The position numbers and the translations under genes were made by a program. A stretch of DNA of 64,000 nt, taken from NCBI GenBank assembly GCA_002269645.1, contig NIVC01000087.1:496001-560000 (forward strand). The letters run 5' to 3'. Each line of letters starts with the position of its first letter. Position 1 is the first letter of the stretch. The notes beneath the pieces are model-generated. The model saw nothing but the letters and a program-made list of their open reading frames with translations, ran no database searches and was not told the origin of the DNA. Positions 22,716 through 34,607 of the stretch are shown here, piece by piece. The stretch comes from Macrostomum lignano. Taxonomy: Eukaryota.

Positions 22716-23600
22716 TAACTCTGAGTCACTCCAGGTGCAAGGAGAGTGAAATCCACCATGACATTTTCTATGCTATTGTCAGACAACAAAAAATTTGAAT
22801 GAGCAGTATGAAATCACTTTTATCTTATTTTTAATCGGTATCTTTGATCAAAGTTTGAAGGCAAATTTCAAGGGAAAGAGGGGCGTGGTTTGGTATTACT
22901 AACTGTTGACCATTGTGTCGGTGTTGGTGCTTTTATTTTTGTTAATTACACACTACTATCAGTAGTCAGTTTCAATTGAATCCGACTACAAATAATTTTC
23001 AAATTGTCGACATGGATGCAAAAATTTATTGACTTTCATTTTTTTGGACATACAATGACAACAGCAAAATACGCTGTCACTCAGTTATTACGTCGTACAG
23101 AGAGCCTGGTCTCGGGTGTAGGCGTCGACGCAGGTAGAAGGCCAGTGCATGACTGGCTGCACCTTCAAGACCGGAGACGAGCGAGTTTCAAACGCGACAC
23201 TGCATCGTTGCGCCAGCCCCATCTGTCCAAACGAATTGTTGCCAGGCCAAATCAGTTGCGCCGAGTTGTACTGCCTGCAGATGGTGCACAACCTTACCGA
23301 CGAAAACAGGCCCGCACTCGGCGTTTCGTCGACTGCCTTCCGGCCGATGCCGGTGCCCCAGATACGGTCGCTTAGGCGCTGGGGCGCACCCTGTGCTGCT
23401 ACTTTTCCTTGAGACCCTAACTGATGCTGTTGTCGTTGTGTTGTTTTTTTTTTCATTTTCGTTGTTGTTGTTGTTGTCGTGCGTGTGTGCGTTCTGCAGA
23501 CGTTGCTTCATCGGACCCACGGACAACGGGGTGTTCCGGTCGAAAGAAAACTTCATACCATTTTCGCTCACCTGCAACACTCCAACTAGTTCCCAGTGAG

Positions 23601-23745
23601 CTCCGCGAAACCCACAAACCCAAGGACACGCGCGAAGCGCGTGTCCTTGGGTTTGTGGGGTGAGCGGAGCGAACGCGCGAGGCACAAAGTGCCGAGCATG
23701 AGGAACAAACAGCCAGCCAATGCGCGAAGCGCATTGGGTGGTCTG
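23601..23745. other. Cluster of hairpins, two capped by GC-GAA-GC mini-hairpin loops
   Basis: Perfect 23-bp stem 23611-23633/23637-23659 with a GAA loop; GGCAC-AAA-GTGCC at 23681-23693; 9-bp stem 23717-23725/23729-23737 with a GAA loop. Confidence 0.9.
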
Positions 23746-26700
23746 GCTTGTGACGAATATAATAATATGAGACGTGTGCATCGAAAAAATGACAAGAAAA
23801 ATCTCACAAAAACTGCTGTAACTTCAAAACTACAAGTGCGAATTTCACAAGTGAGGTGTCATTTTAAAGAGAAGAATCTGATCTATTTAACGAGTATAGT
23901 TTTGTATGGATTCACTGCGGAGAAAAGGAACAGGCTTCAGTTGAAATGTTTGTCTTAAGATTATGTCTTTACAAAAGTGCATTTCCTCATGCACATTAAA
24001 ACTCGAGCTAAAAATGTTCGAGGGTTATAGGTGCGCCTTACTAAGATGCATAACATTATTGGGTTGTTTTTTTCAATTGTATCAAAAAGTTGGCACTTTG
24101 GTTGCAAAAAATGCAAAAATTGAAAATGTACTTTTACAGTTTTTTTGCATTTTTTTCTATACTGCTAATAGTTAAGCATACATACTATGCACCAATTGAT
24201 GCGCAATTCAAAGATACACAAGTGTGGAAGTTTTCAATTCTTAGACATTTGAAATCAGAAAGTTATCGACGAAAGACTAAAAATCATGATCTCAAACTGA
24301 TTTGAGGAAAAGTGCTCATTATAATTTTTGGAATATGGAAGAAACAATTCAACGCCGTCATCTAATTCCAAACTAACTGTACTTTAAGGTACTGCGATGA
24401 TTTTTTTATTGAAAGAGCGAAACCTGTTTAAATATTTGAAAAAATGGAAAAAAAGTACCTTTTTTCATAGAAATACACTCTTTTGACTGCTTAATCCGAT
24501 TTCCAACAACAAAATAGTTGCTTTCCTGCTGGTGCAAACCGTTATTAGGGTGAATTTTCAAAATTGCATACTGTGCCAAAAGTAAACTGAAGCTTAATAT
24601 TTATAAACATTAGAAACGGGACCACTAATGGGTATTTTACTTTGGTTACTTACTATGGACTAAACTGGCACTGGCAGAGACAGATTTGAGAGAAACTAAT
24701 TGCTCCATTGTATTTGTATTTGGCTCCAGCGTTACAAATTACAATAGCTATTTCGGGGTCTAACCGGCTAAGTTATCAAAAAAGCTAGATACCAATCACC
24801 AGTTTCATCATCAGCTATACCTACCACGATTTTATAGTCACATGCAACAGTAATACCCTCCTTTAAAAGTTTTCAATATCTAAAATGATGTGTTAAATTT
24901 TATAAAATTTCATAAACAGTGAAATTTTAGCTGTTTACGTGCTGGTGGTTTGAACGTAGCTACTTTGTGCGAAAATACACTGTCATTAATACCGTACCTA
25001 TTATTGTATTTATTGTATTGAAAGTTGATGTGTAAATTGTACTTTTCTATTTTTTTGTCATTCGTTATCGCACTCGGGCCGGCCTGCCTGCCTTGTGGGG
25101 TGTGGTGGCCTTGGCCACTTTCTCCCCCTTCTGCTAGGATCCAAAGCAAGCTTTCAAGTGTACATTTAATATTATCGATCGATTATTTAAAACAAGCCTC
25201 TAGTGGCTGGTGTTGAGAGTGAGTGGCCTTGAGTGTACGCGAAAGCAAGAGGAAGCCCATGGGCGGACTATATGAACCTTCCTTTAGTGGAAAGTTGGGC
25301 CTTGTGCATTGGATAGTGTACGCTACACAAGACAGAAGGTAAAGAGAAAGAGAACGACAGGCTAGCCAATAGCGATAGCATGTGCTTCTTTCTCTCCAGT
25401 CCACTATGGTAGGGGGGGGGAGGGGGTGTCAGACGGCCCAACTCTAACCCCCATACCCAAAACAGCGTACATGTAGAATAAGAAGGGATTGGGTCCAGAT
25501 AAGTCTTCCCAAATGTACATGTATGTACAAAGACAAACACAGACAAGAAAAATGGCTCTAAAAACCATTGTTATTGTTACACTGTGTGTCTATTTTTATT
25601 AACTTGACTTTGACTTGTCTTTACTCTAGCATGGTCAAGGATAATTACTGTTACTTCATACCTAATTTACAATTAATTGCATAAGATTAAGAAGGAATAA
25701 TACAATCGAGGTCGAACCCATGATCACTTGACCCACCCACCCATGATCACTTCTGATTCTGACCTACATGTATCTACTATATCCTGCCAGTTTCTCCAGT
25801 TTTATGGGTCTTGGTGTCGGTGATTCGAGCAATTCCATTACATTTTATCGGTGCAGTGCGTCTATTAATGCTTAGCTACTTGTATATGTGTTGCAGAACT
25901 TATGCTCGTAGTTTCCCTTCTAGGGATGTTGACCCCGGGAGTGCTCCCCGGGGAGCTTGTCGGGGAATACTCTCCGGGGAATTTAACCGGGGACCCTGGG
26001 GAGAAAAAATATGAAAAAATGCATTTGTAACTTAATTTTTGCCATTAAAATAAGAAACTGATTCACAGAAAGCTGATTGAAACTCTGTCTATGCTCTTTT
26101 ACCGCATAATTGCTTATTTCAATGCATTACATGTATTTGAAACACAACACACGTTTGATTGTTTTTTCACTAATAAGTCATTCAATCAAGCAAATTGCAC
26201 GTAGAAAAGAAACCCGTCAGGAAAAAGAAGCCTTACTGACTAGTGACTGCTGTGTTGGTCTGCGTTGACGGCTTGACGCAGGCGCAGCGCTGCGTCATGC
26301 GTCAGGCACTGACGCATAGGGGGGTGTCATACATATACTCCCTATTAGACAAGGACAAAATGGTGATTTACATATATATGCAAGAAATAAAATTCCGATT
26401 ATAAAAACAGTCTCATTCATTAATTATCCTCTCACGAGCGTAGCTGTTTAGCATGCATTCCAACAAATGCACTTTTCCGATAAAGGTGCGCGCACGATTT
26501 CGTGATGCCACATTGTCAAATACAGTTTAAAAAAACATTGTTTAAAATTTTTACCCCTGCGCCTTGAACATGTAGTACAAAGCTTAAATCAAAGTTTAAA
26601 AAATTCCACTTACAATCTAAGTGATCCGCCGTTTTAACTTATTTTTTCTTTTCACCGGGGTCCCCGATAAGATAATTCCCTGGGGAATCGACATCCCTAA

Positions 26701-27303
26701 TTCCCTTCCTATAAATCATTTGACGTTAGAGACATTTTACAACTCTCGCCCTACTTTATCTATTAGGCTAACTTTATGTATGACACGACGCAAAATATTA
26801 GGAGCATCAGCGTTAATAATGCCTTGAAAGTCTTTAAATAATCGATACAACACTAGGTATTATAAAATTCCAACCCCAAAGCTCACTGGGGCGAAAAGAC
26901 TTTGTCTTCATTAACTAGTGGTCCTTTTCTTCCTCCATATCGCACTCTGTGTACGCGGCGACACGTCCCAAGCCGATTTTCTGCCGCCAATAGGCGGTTA
27001 TTTCAGTGACCGCGCGTATTGAAGCTGCGTAAGCGTACATGTAAATTTGACGCTACGACTGCCTGCACTACGATTAACTTTTAAGTTGTAGATCTTCTTG
27101 AAGCGCTCACTGCTACAAGTAGGCACCAGGCATTCAATTGTAAGATTAGTCGGCTTTACATACCTCCAGTCCAGCGGGACCTGCTCCTGGGGGGAAGAAG
27201 GGGTGGCATCGGCGGTCTCGTTGCCTACAGTGGCCCGTTTGCAGTTAGCAGCAACGAGACCTTCCTGATCGAATCAACGCGCTCCAACTGGACACCGTTC
27301 GAA

Positions 27304-27600
27304 GGGGGTTGTAGCCTAGTGGTTAGAGCATCGAACTCACGACTGAAAGATCGGGAGTTCGATTCTCAACCCACTGGAAGCAATAAGACACTTAACTCTG
27401 CATGCTTCAGCTCACCCAGCTGTAAAATGGGTGCCAGCATTAGCTGGGGTAATTGAGGGTGTGTGTGGTAACCCCCCAGTCCTTGGACTGGTGGACTGGA
27501 CAGCCGTATGCAGCCTTCAGATTCGCCGGGCAATAGCTGCGGCTGAGGTGTCGATTGCTCATCTGCCCATTAGGGCAGGTGTAATAAATTATTATTTGCC
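27304..27600 (+). mobile_element. tRNA-derived SINE, family 1 (CORE-like central domain)
   Basis: tRNA-like head GGGGGTTGTAGCCTAGTGG (A box)...GTTCGATTC (B box), then ACACTTAAC...CAGCTGTAAAATGGG resembling the CORE-SINE 3' motif, and an AT-rich tail. Further copies at 45184-45482 and 18661-18800. Confidence 0.8.
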
Positions 27601-27665
27601 ATTGCGCTGCCTTAGCGTCGCCTCGAAGTTTACCGCAGTCTCGCTCTGGTCCAGCGTAACGGCCT

Positions 27666-27754
27666 TTGTTTTTTGTTGTTGTTATTTTTGTTGTTGTTGT
27701 GTTTGTGTTGTTGTTATTGTTGTTGTCGTTGTTATTGTTGCTGTTATTGTTGTT

Positions 27755-27793
<39 letters not shown>

Positions 27794-27985
27794 TTTGATG
27801 TTGTTGTTGCTATTGTTGTTGTTTTTGATGTTTTTGTTATTGTTATTGTTGTTGTTGTTGTTGTTGCTGCTGCTGTTGTTATTGTTGTTGTTGTTGTTGT
27901 TGTTGTTATTGTTGTTGTTGCTTTTGTTTTTGTTGTTTTTGTTTTTGTTGTTGTTTTTGTTGTTGTTGTTGTTGTTGTTGTTGTT
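27666..27985. repeat. (TTG)n microsatellite, imperfect
   Basis: Read directly; it explains the poly-V/L/N ORFs in the track. Confidence 0.97.
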
Positions 27986-28949
27986 ATGAATCAGCCTCCA
28001 AGCAATCAAAAAATGTATTTGCCGTTTAAGTGCTAAAAAACTTCTATTCATTCACGTCTATAAATAAATTTTAATAAATTGAAGTCAAACCAGAGCTGGA
28101 CAGAGACAGAGCAGGTAGTTATGAGAATAATCAATCCCTCTGTCAGTCCAGGAAAAGCCCTAAGCAACCCCACTCTCTCATCGGCTTAAATCAAGCTCTA
28201 TGGATCTCGAATTTCCCGACAAAAAATTTATCTTCTTGCCCCTAGCTACCGGGCAAGCTTTCTCTAGAGAGGCCGCAACTGGCGCAGGTGAAGAGATAAG
28301 TTTTGGTGCGGATTTTCGAATTTAATTCGAAGAAATGATGAAGAAGGAGCCGCCTGGCCAGCGAGAAGAAGGATTTGTCCGACGGGGCGCAGAGAGGAAG
28401 AGGAGAGGAGATTATCTCGGCGCCCTCCCGCCGGAGATGGCATCGAGGTGTTTGGGGATCCGCGGGAGTCGGCAGCAGCGAGTCAGCTGAGAGGAGGCGG
28501 CTTTAGCAACAGCAGCATCTGAGGATTATCGAATTATCCTCGCCTGTCCACTTCTCATCTTTCCTACTCCCTCTCCCCCTCCCGCCGTCTCCAGCAAGGG
28601 TGTTGTCGCCTTCTCAATGCCACCCCAGACTCCGCACTAGATATCCTTAAAATTGAAATCCGATAGAGCCTGCTCTTGAGTAGTCGGGTTTGCTGTAGAC
28701 GAAATTGGTTTTACCAGCGATACCAAGCGAACGTAGCCAGCCGGGTCTCCTCTGGACAAAATTAAATCTGTTAACTTTATGGACGGCCCCACAACAAGTC
28801 AATGCTGGTACTGTAGGATAACTGATACTGATTGACACTCGGTACCTTGGCATGGCTAAAAACCACATTTTAACTATCTACAACGAATGGGAACAAATTT
28901 CAAAACTGATAAATTGATTGTGGGATCAGATATTTTACACTGACATCAC

Positions 28950-30062
28950 CTGTTAGACAGAGGCATCACCTGTTAGACAGAGGCATCACCTGTTAGACAG
29001 AGACATCACCTGTTAGACAGTGGTAGCACCTGTTAGATAGCGGCAGCACCTGTTAGACAGTGGCATCATCTGTTAGACAGAGGCATCACCTGTTAGACAG
29101 TGGCAGCACCTGTTAGTCAGTGGCATCACCTGTTAGATAGCGGCAGCACCTGTTAGACAGTGGCAGCACCTGTTAGACAGTGGCATCACCTGTTAGATAG
29201 CGGCAGCATCTGTTAGACAGTGGCATCACCTGTTAGACAGCGGCATTACCTGTTAGACAGTGGCATCATCTGTTAGACAGCGGCATTACCTGTTAGACAG
29301 TGGCAGCACCTGTTAGTCAGTGGCATCACCTGTTAGTCAGTGGCAGCACCTGTTAGACAGTGGCATCACCTGTTAGTCAGTGGCATCACCTGTTAGATAG
29401 CGGCAGCATCTGTTAGACAGTGGCACCATCTGTTAGACAGTGGCATCATCTGTTAGACAGTGGCATCATCTGTTAGACAGTGGCATCGTCTGTTAGACAG
29501 TGGCATCACTTGTTAGACAATAGCATAATTCTGTTAGACAGTGGCATCATTCTGTTAGACAGAGGCAACACTTGTTAAAACAGTGGCACCATCTGTTAGA
29601 CAGTGGCACCATCTGTTAGACAGTGGCACCATCTGTTAGACAGTGGCACCATCTGTTAGACAGTAGCATCATTCTGTTAGACAGTGGCATCACTTGTTAG
29701 ACAGTAGCATCATTCTGTTAGACAGTGGCATCACTTGTTAGACAGTAGCATCATCTGTTAGACAGTAGCATCATCTGTTAGACAGTGGCATCATTCTGTT
29801 AGACAGTGGCATCATTCTGTTAGACAGAGGCATCATTCTGTTAGACAGAGGCATCATTCTGTTAGACAGTGGCATCATTCTGTTAGACAGTGGCATCATT
29901 CTGTTAGACAGTGGCATCATTCTGTTAGACAGTGGCATCATTCTGTTAGACAGTGGCATCATTCTGTTAGACAGTGGCATCATTCTGTTAGACAGTGGCA
30001 TCATTCTGTTAGACAGTGGCATCATTCTGTTAGACAAAAGCATCACTTGTTAGAACAGTGGC
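28950..30062. repeat. 20-21-bp minisatellite (CATCACCTGTTAGACAGTGG grading to CATCATTCTGTTAGACAGTGG)
   Basis: About 54 tandem copies; the unit changes from 20 bp (left) to 21 bp (right). Confidence 0.95.
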
Positions 30063-30693
30063 AGTGTAGCAAATTCACTAAAAATATTAAAAAAGGAGAC
30101 TCGATGGCCAGAGAGAAGCAGTGCAGCGAGGAACATTCACCTACTCTCTCTCCCCCTATGTATTTTGAATGGCAGAAAGAAAACGCTTTCCCATTGGCTG
30201 CAGCCATGTAACAGGAGAAATTGCCAGGCGTAGTGTTACACTCCTATTGCCCACAATGGGCCCAGAAAGGCACCAATAGGAAGAATTGGCTTGGATTTGG
30301 CACGCTAATACTAGGAGCTTCTGGAGCTTACAGCTTGCTCCTCTTCTAGCTACAAGCGACAGCAAATGGGCAGCATGTCACTCTGAAGCTCGACAGCAAG
30401 CCTCAGAAAAAGATGCAGCTCCTGCTCCTATTGCTGCTTCTGGTGCTAGCGCCGCTGGAATTGGCGCAAGTAGCGGCAACTCAAACAGCTGGCGAGGACA
30501 GCAAGGGCGGCAACTGCTTCTCCATCCGACAGGGTGGCAGGGTTCGCTACAGCCTGCCGGCATTCAACGGCACCAAGTGAGAATGGCTGGCTGTCTCCTG
30601 TCTCAACGTTCTTCTATCCGTATTTAAAATAAAGTCGCTAAGGTCCTTCTTACCTTCTTACCTAGAGTGACTAGAATCTAGTGACTAGAGTGA

Positions 30694-31810
30694 TAGAATC
30701 TGTGGCTGGAGTGACGCATCTAGGTAATATAGAATCTGTGGCTGGAGTGACACACTAGGTAATATAGAATCTGTGGCTGGAGTGACACACTAGGTAATAT
30801 AGAATCTGTGGCTGGAGTGACACACTAGGTTAAATAGAATCTGTGGCTGGAGTGACACACTAGGTAATATAGAATCTGTGGCTGGAGTGACACACTAGGT
30901 AATATAGAATCTGTGGCTGGAGTGACACACTAGGTAATATAGAATCTGTGGCTGGAGTGACACATCTAGGTAATATAGAATCTGTGGCTGGAGTGACACA
31001 TCTATAGGCAATATGGAATCTGTGGCTGGAGTGACACATCAAGGTAATATAGAATCTGTGGCTGGAGTGACACATCTAGGTAATATAGAATCTGTGACTG
31101 GAGTGACACATCTATAGGTAGTATAGAATCTGTGGCTGGAGTGACACATCTATAGGTAGTATAGAATCTGTGGCTGGAGTGACACATCTATAGGTAGTAT
31201 AGAATCTGTGGCTGGAGTGACACATCTATAGGTAGTATAGAATCTGTGGCTGGAGTGACACATCTATAGGTAGTATAGAATCTGTGGCTGGAGTGACACA
31301 TCTATAGGTAGTATAGAATCTGTGGCTGGAGTGACACATCTAGGTAATATAGAATCTGTGGCTGGAGTGACACATCTATAGGTAGTATAGAATCTGTGGC
31401 TGGAGTGACACATCTATAGGTAGTATAGAATCTGTGGCTGGAGTGACACATCTATAGGTAGTATAGAATCTGTGGCTGGAGTGACACATCTATAGGTAGT
31501 ATAGAATCTGTGGCTGGAGTGACACATCTATAGGTAGTATAGAATCTGTGGCTGGAGTGACACATCTATAGGTAATATAGAATCTGTGGCTGGAGTGACA
31601 CATCTATAGGTAGTATAGAATCTGTGGCTGGAGTGACACATCTATAGGTAATATAGAATCTGTGGCTGGAGTGACACATCTATAGGTAGTATAGAATCTG
31701 TGGCTGGAGTGACACATCTATAGGTAGTATAGAATCTGTGGCTGGAGTGACACATCTATAGGTAGTATAGAATCTGTGGCTGGAGTGACAAATCTACGAG
31801 CATAGGTAGT
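30694..31810. repeat. 35-38-bp minisatellite GAATCTGTGGCTGGAGTGACACATCT(AT)AGGTA(A/G)TATA, about 30 copies
   Basis: Tandem copies, with 35-36-bp variants on the left and 38-bp variants on the right. Confidence 0.95.
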
Positions 31811-33222
31811 ATTTCCTATATACTAAAATAGAACCTGTAGTCTAAATTGCATATCAAGCATCAATGTTTCGATGAATTTTTGTCAAATTTGTCTTGTTTT
31901 CTAGTCTTGTTTTCAGCTATAGTTGTAAAAAATGCACGAGGCCTCGTAGAAATCCATCGTATTTCTAAGAAAATCCTGTGTAGATCTGGACGGGACGGGA
32001 GATCTGGCGAAACAATTAGCATGGAAGAAGAAATTCACACTGTCGGTGGCTATTTATTGGGCATCATCTATAGCTAATGGGATTTTTTATACAGCCGAAA
32101 TGGACACTGAGCGATGAGGAGCGCATGAGAATGACTCAGCTAAGTGCTGACAGCTGCCCCGCAGTTGATAAAAGCATGAAACTGCGGGACTGAGATGAGC
32201 TTCTTCCCTGCGCATTAGCCAGGAGAAAAAAACCATTTGGAAAACGGTAAAAGTTTCCATCATTTCGCGGGATGGAACAATTTTATCGGCACTTTCCGTA
32301 CGCTTCCGTGGGCACTGCTTCGACACTGATGAGGCGCTAAAAGATGCTGCGACCAACCTGGTTCGAGAGTTGCTCAACGCAGTTCTAGCAGAAGTGCTGT
32401 GCTCTATTTCCATACACAATCTTTGGATAATAAAACTAAAAATTCAAAGTTGATAAACCTTGTAAAGCCATGCAATCTCGAACAAAACCCCTGCCCTGCA
32501 GTTACCATGAAATTAAAATCCGAATTTTACGCCAATTTAATGAAAAGCAACAGAAAAGGTCAGGTTAAAATTAAACTTAATTACAAAACCGCAACCCCGG
32601 ATACGCGGAGCTGGACAGATTAATTTTCGCTTCGCTTGGCAACAAAGCTGCCCGCTTAATTAGCCCCGGTTGAGCTTGAGTATTCCTTCGAACTAAGGCT
32701 AGTTAGATGCTTGGGCCAGACTTGTTGGCTGGCTTGCAGCAGCTGCCACTGCTCACAAGAGAGGAGGGCGGTAAACTAGAGCGAGGTTTCTTGGCGCTCG
32801 GTTCGGGGGATGGTTTTGGCAGCCCAAGAAGGCCAGCAGCGAGTCACTTTCATGGCCGCGGGGCAAAGAGAGGGACAGGGAGAGGTAGAAGGGGATCTCC
32901 ACTCCTCTCCCCTGCCCTGCTGGTGATTGCGCAGCGAGGAAGAAAAATGAAATTTTCCACTTCTGCACCGCTGTGCGGTCCGCATCCGCATACAAGTAGC
33001 TTATATCTAATTTGATGTTCTGTCCTGCCCCCTTGAAGCTTGGGAAATGGAATAGCGGCTAGTTTTAAGATATGGGGCTCTCTCTCTCTCTCTTAGTCAA
33101 CAATCTATTACTCAGACTAAACAAAGTTTTGCTTTGTCTTCGGGCTGGCTGTCTTTAACTTTCACGTCATCAAATATGAGCTCAGCTACGAGCTAAATTC
33201 AATATTTAAGGAACAGTTTGCG

Positions 33223-33468
33223 ACATTGAGGTGCAGCCTTACCTGTAGATCTGACAGCTTCCAACATTGAGGTGCAGTCTTACCTGTAGATCTGACAGCT
33301 TCCAGCATTGAGGTGCAGCCTTACCTGTAGATCTGACAGCTTCTAACATTGAGGTGCAGCCTTACCTGTAGATCTGACAGCTTCCAATATTGAGGTGGAG
33401 CCTTACCTGTAGATCTGACAGCTTCCAACATTGAGGTGCAGTCTTACCTGTAGAACTGACAGCTTCCA
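33223..33468. repeat. 41-bp tandem repeat, six copies
   Basis: ACATTGAGGTGCAGCCTTACCTGTAGATCTGACAGCTTCCA with period 41 (33223, 33264, ...). Confidence 0.93.
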
Positions 33469-34607
33469 ATCAAGACCACACAGCAGCGAGGAGGAGTCAA
33501 ACAGTCAAACAGTATAGGCCACGCCTACGATAATCAGAGACGCCCGCGTCAGTCAGTAGCAGTTCAAGGACTGTGCAAGACTTGTGCCTGTCATAGAACA
33601 GTCATGCAGTGCATAAAAGATCTCTGGCTCCAAGTAGCATTCAACTCCGCGGATGATTATTCTTCATCCATCTAAGAAATCTGAAATCAATACGATTGAA
33701 TTTCATTTTTCCTGAAAATTGTAAGGAGCTTCCCAGGAAAATCCTCCTAGTTGTCAAGTGGGGGCTAGAATGCTTCTGTACAGAAGACAAAAAGGGCCTT
33801 TGTTCGCTTCTGTGCGCTAAGATTTAATAATAATTATTGAATTATACAATTTTCTTAATTCCACTGCCGCATGTATAGCTTAATAAATAATGATAAAAAA
33901 ATTTCATTCATAATTCCATTTATCTACGAGCCATGCAGTCAAGCAGGATATTTGCCTATCGCTTTGGACAAAGACAAACTGTTTTTTGAAAGGCGACTTC
34001 AATCTGCAACAGAGCTGCCCGAAGGAAGAGGACAGGGTCCGCGAAGAGATAAACGAGATCGCTAGGGGAATATAGAATTATAATAATGAAAAGCGGACCC
34101 CGGAGCATGGAAGGGACGACGTTTGCGTTGGGATTAAGGAGAGCACAGGCATACAGACAGACACTGCTGCAGCTATTGACTCAAAGAGAATTGCGAGCAC
34201 AGAGCAGGCGAGTGGCACAGAATCAGCGATCAGAGCCAGAGCTAATGGACAGTCTGAGCATCTGAGCTGATCAGGACGGGAGGGGGTCAATCGCAAAGTT
34301 TGTAGGATCCGAATTCCGCATATATTCCTGCGCCCTTTCTCTCCAGAGTGTGTCCCAGCTTCCAGAGAGGGGAAAATGATGTAATTTTAGGCGGTTTGGC
34401 TGAGGCAAAGGATGTGTTTGCGGCTTCCTGAACAAGGATTTGGTTTTTAGAACGAGTGGCCACTAGCGACTCAAAAAACACTCGACTGGCGATTGAGGTC
34501 CCGTGGTTTTTTATTTCGATCGCTTTTTTGTCAATTTACCAAATAATACACATCATTATTCGTAGTCTCAGCGGTAGTTACTTTCTCAGCCTCCCCTGCC
34601 TTTTTAG

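Noticed and set aside
23122-23412. Cys-containing ORF (ASTQVEGQCMTGCTFK...) downstream of the FN2 gene
   Set aside because: Coding-like composition, but no recognisable domain and no linked exon; not supportable.
25920-26700. Possible MITE with CCGGGG subrepeats at both ends
   Set aside because: The inverted similarity is short and degenerate, and no TSD was found.
27304-27375. tRNA gene (also at 45184)
   Set aside because: It has A and B boxes but no convincing acceptor stem or T-run terminator, and continues into a shared SINE body.
27431-28051. Poly-Val, poly-Asn and poly-Leu ORFs
   Set aside because: Translations of the (TTG)n microsatellite and the adjacent SINE.
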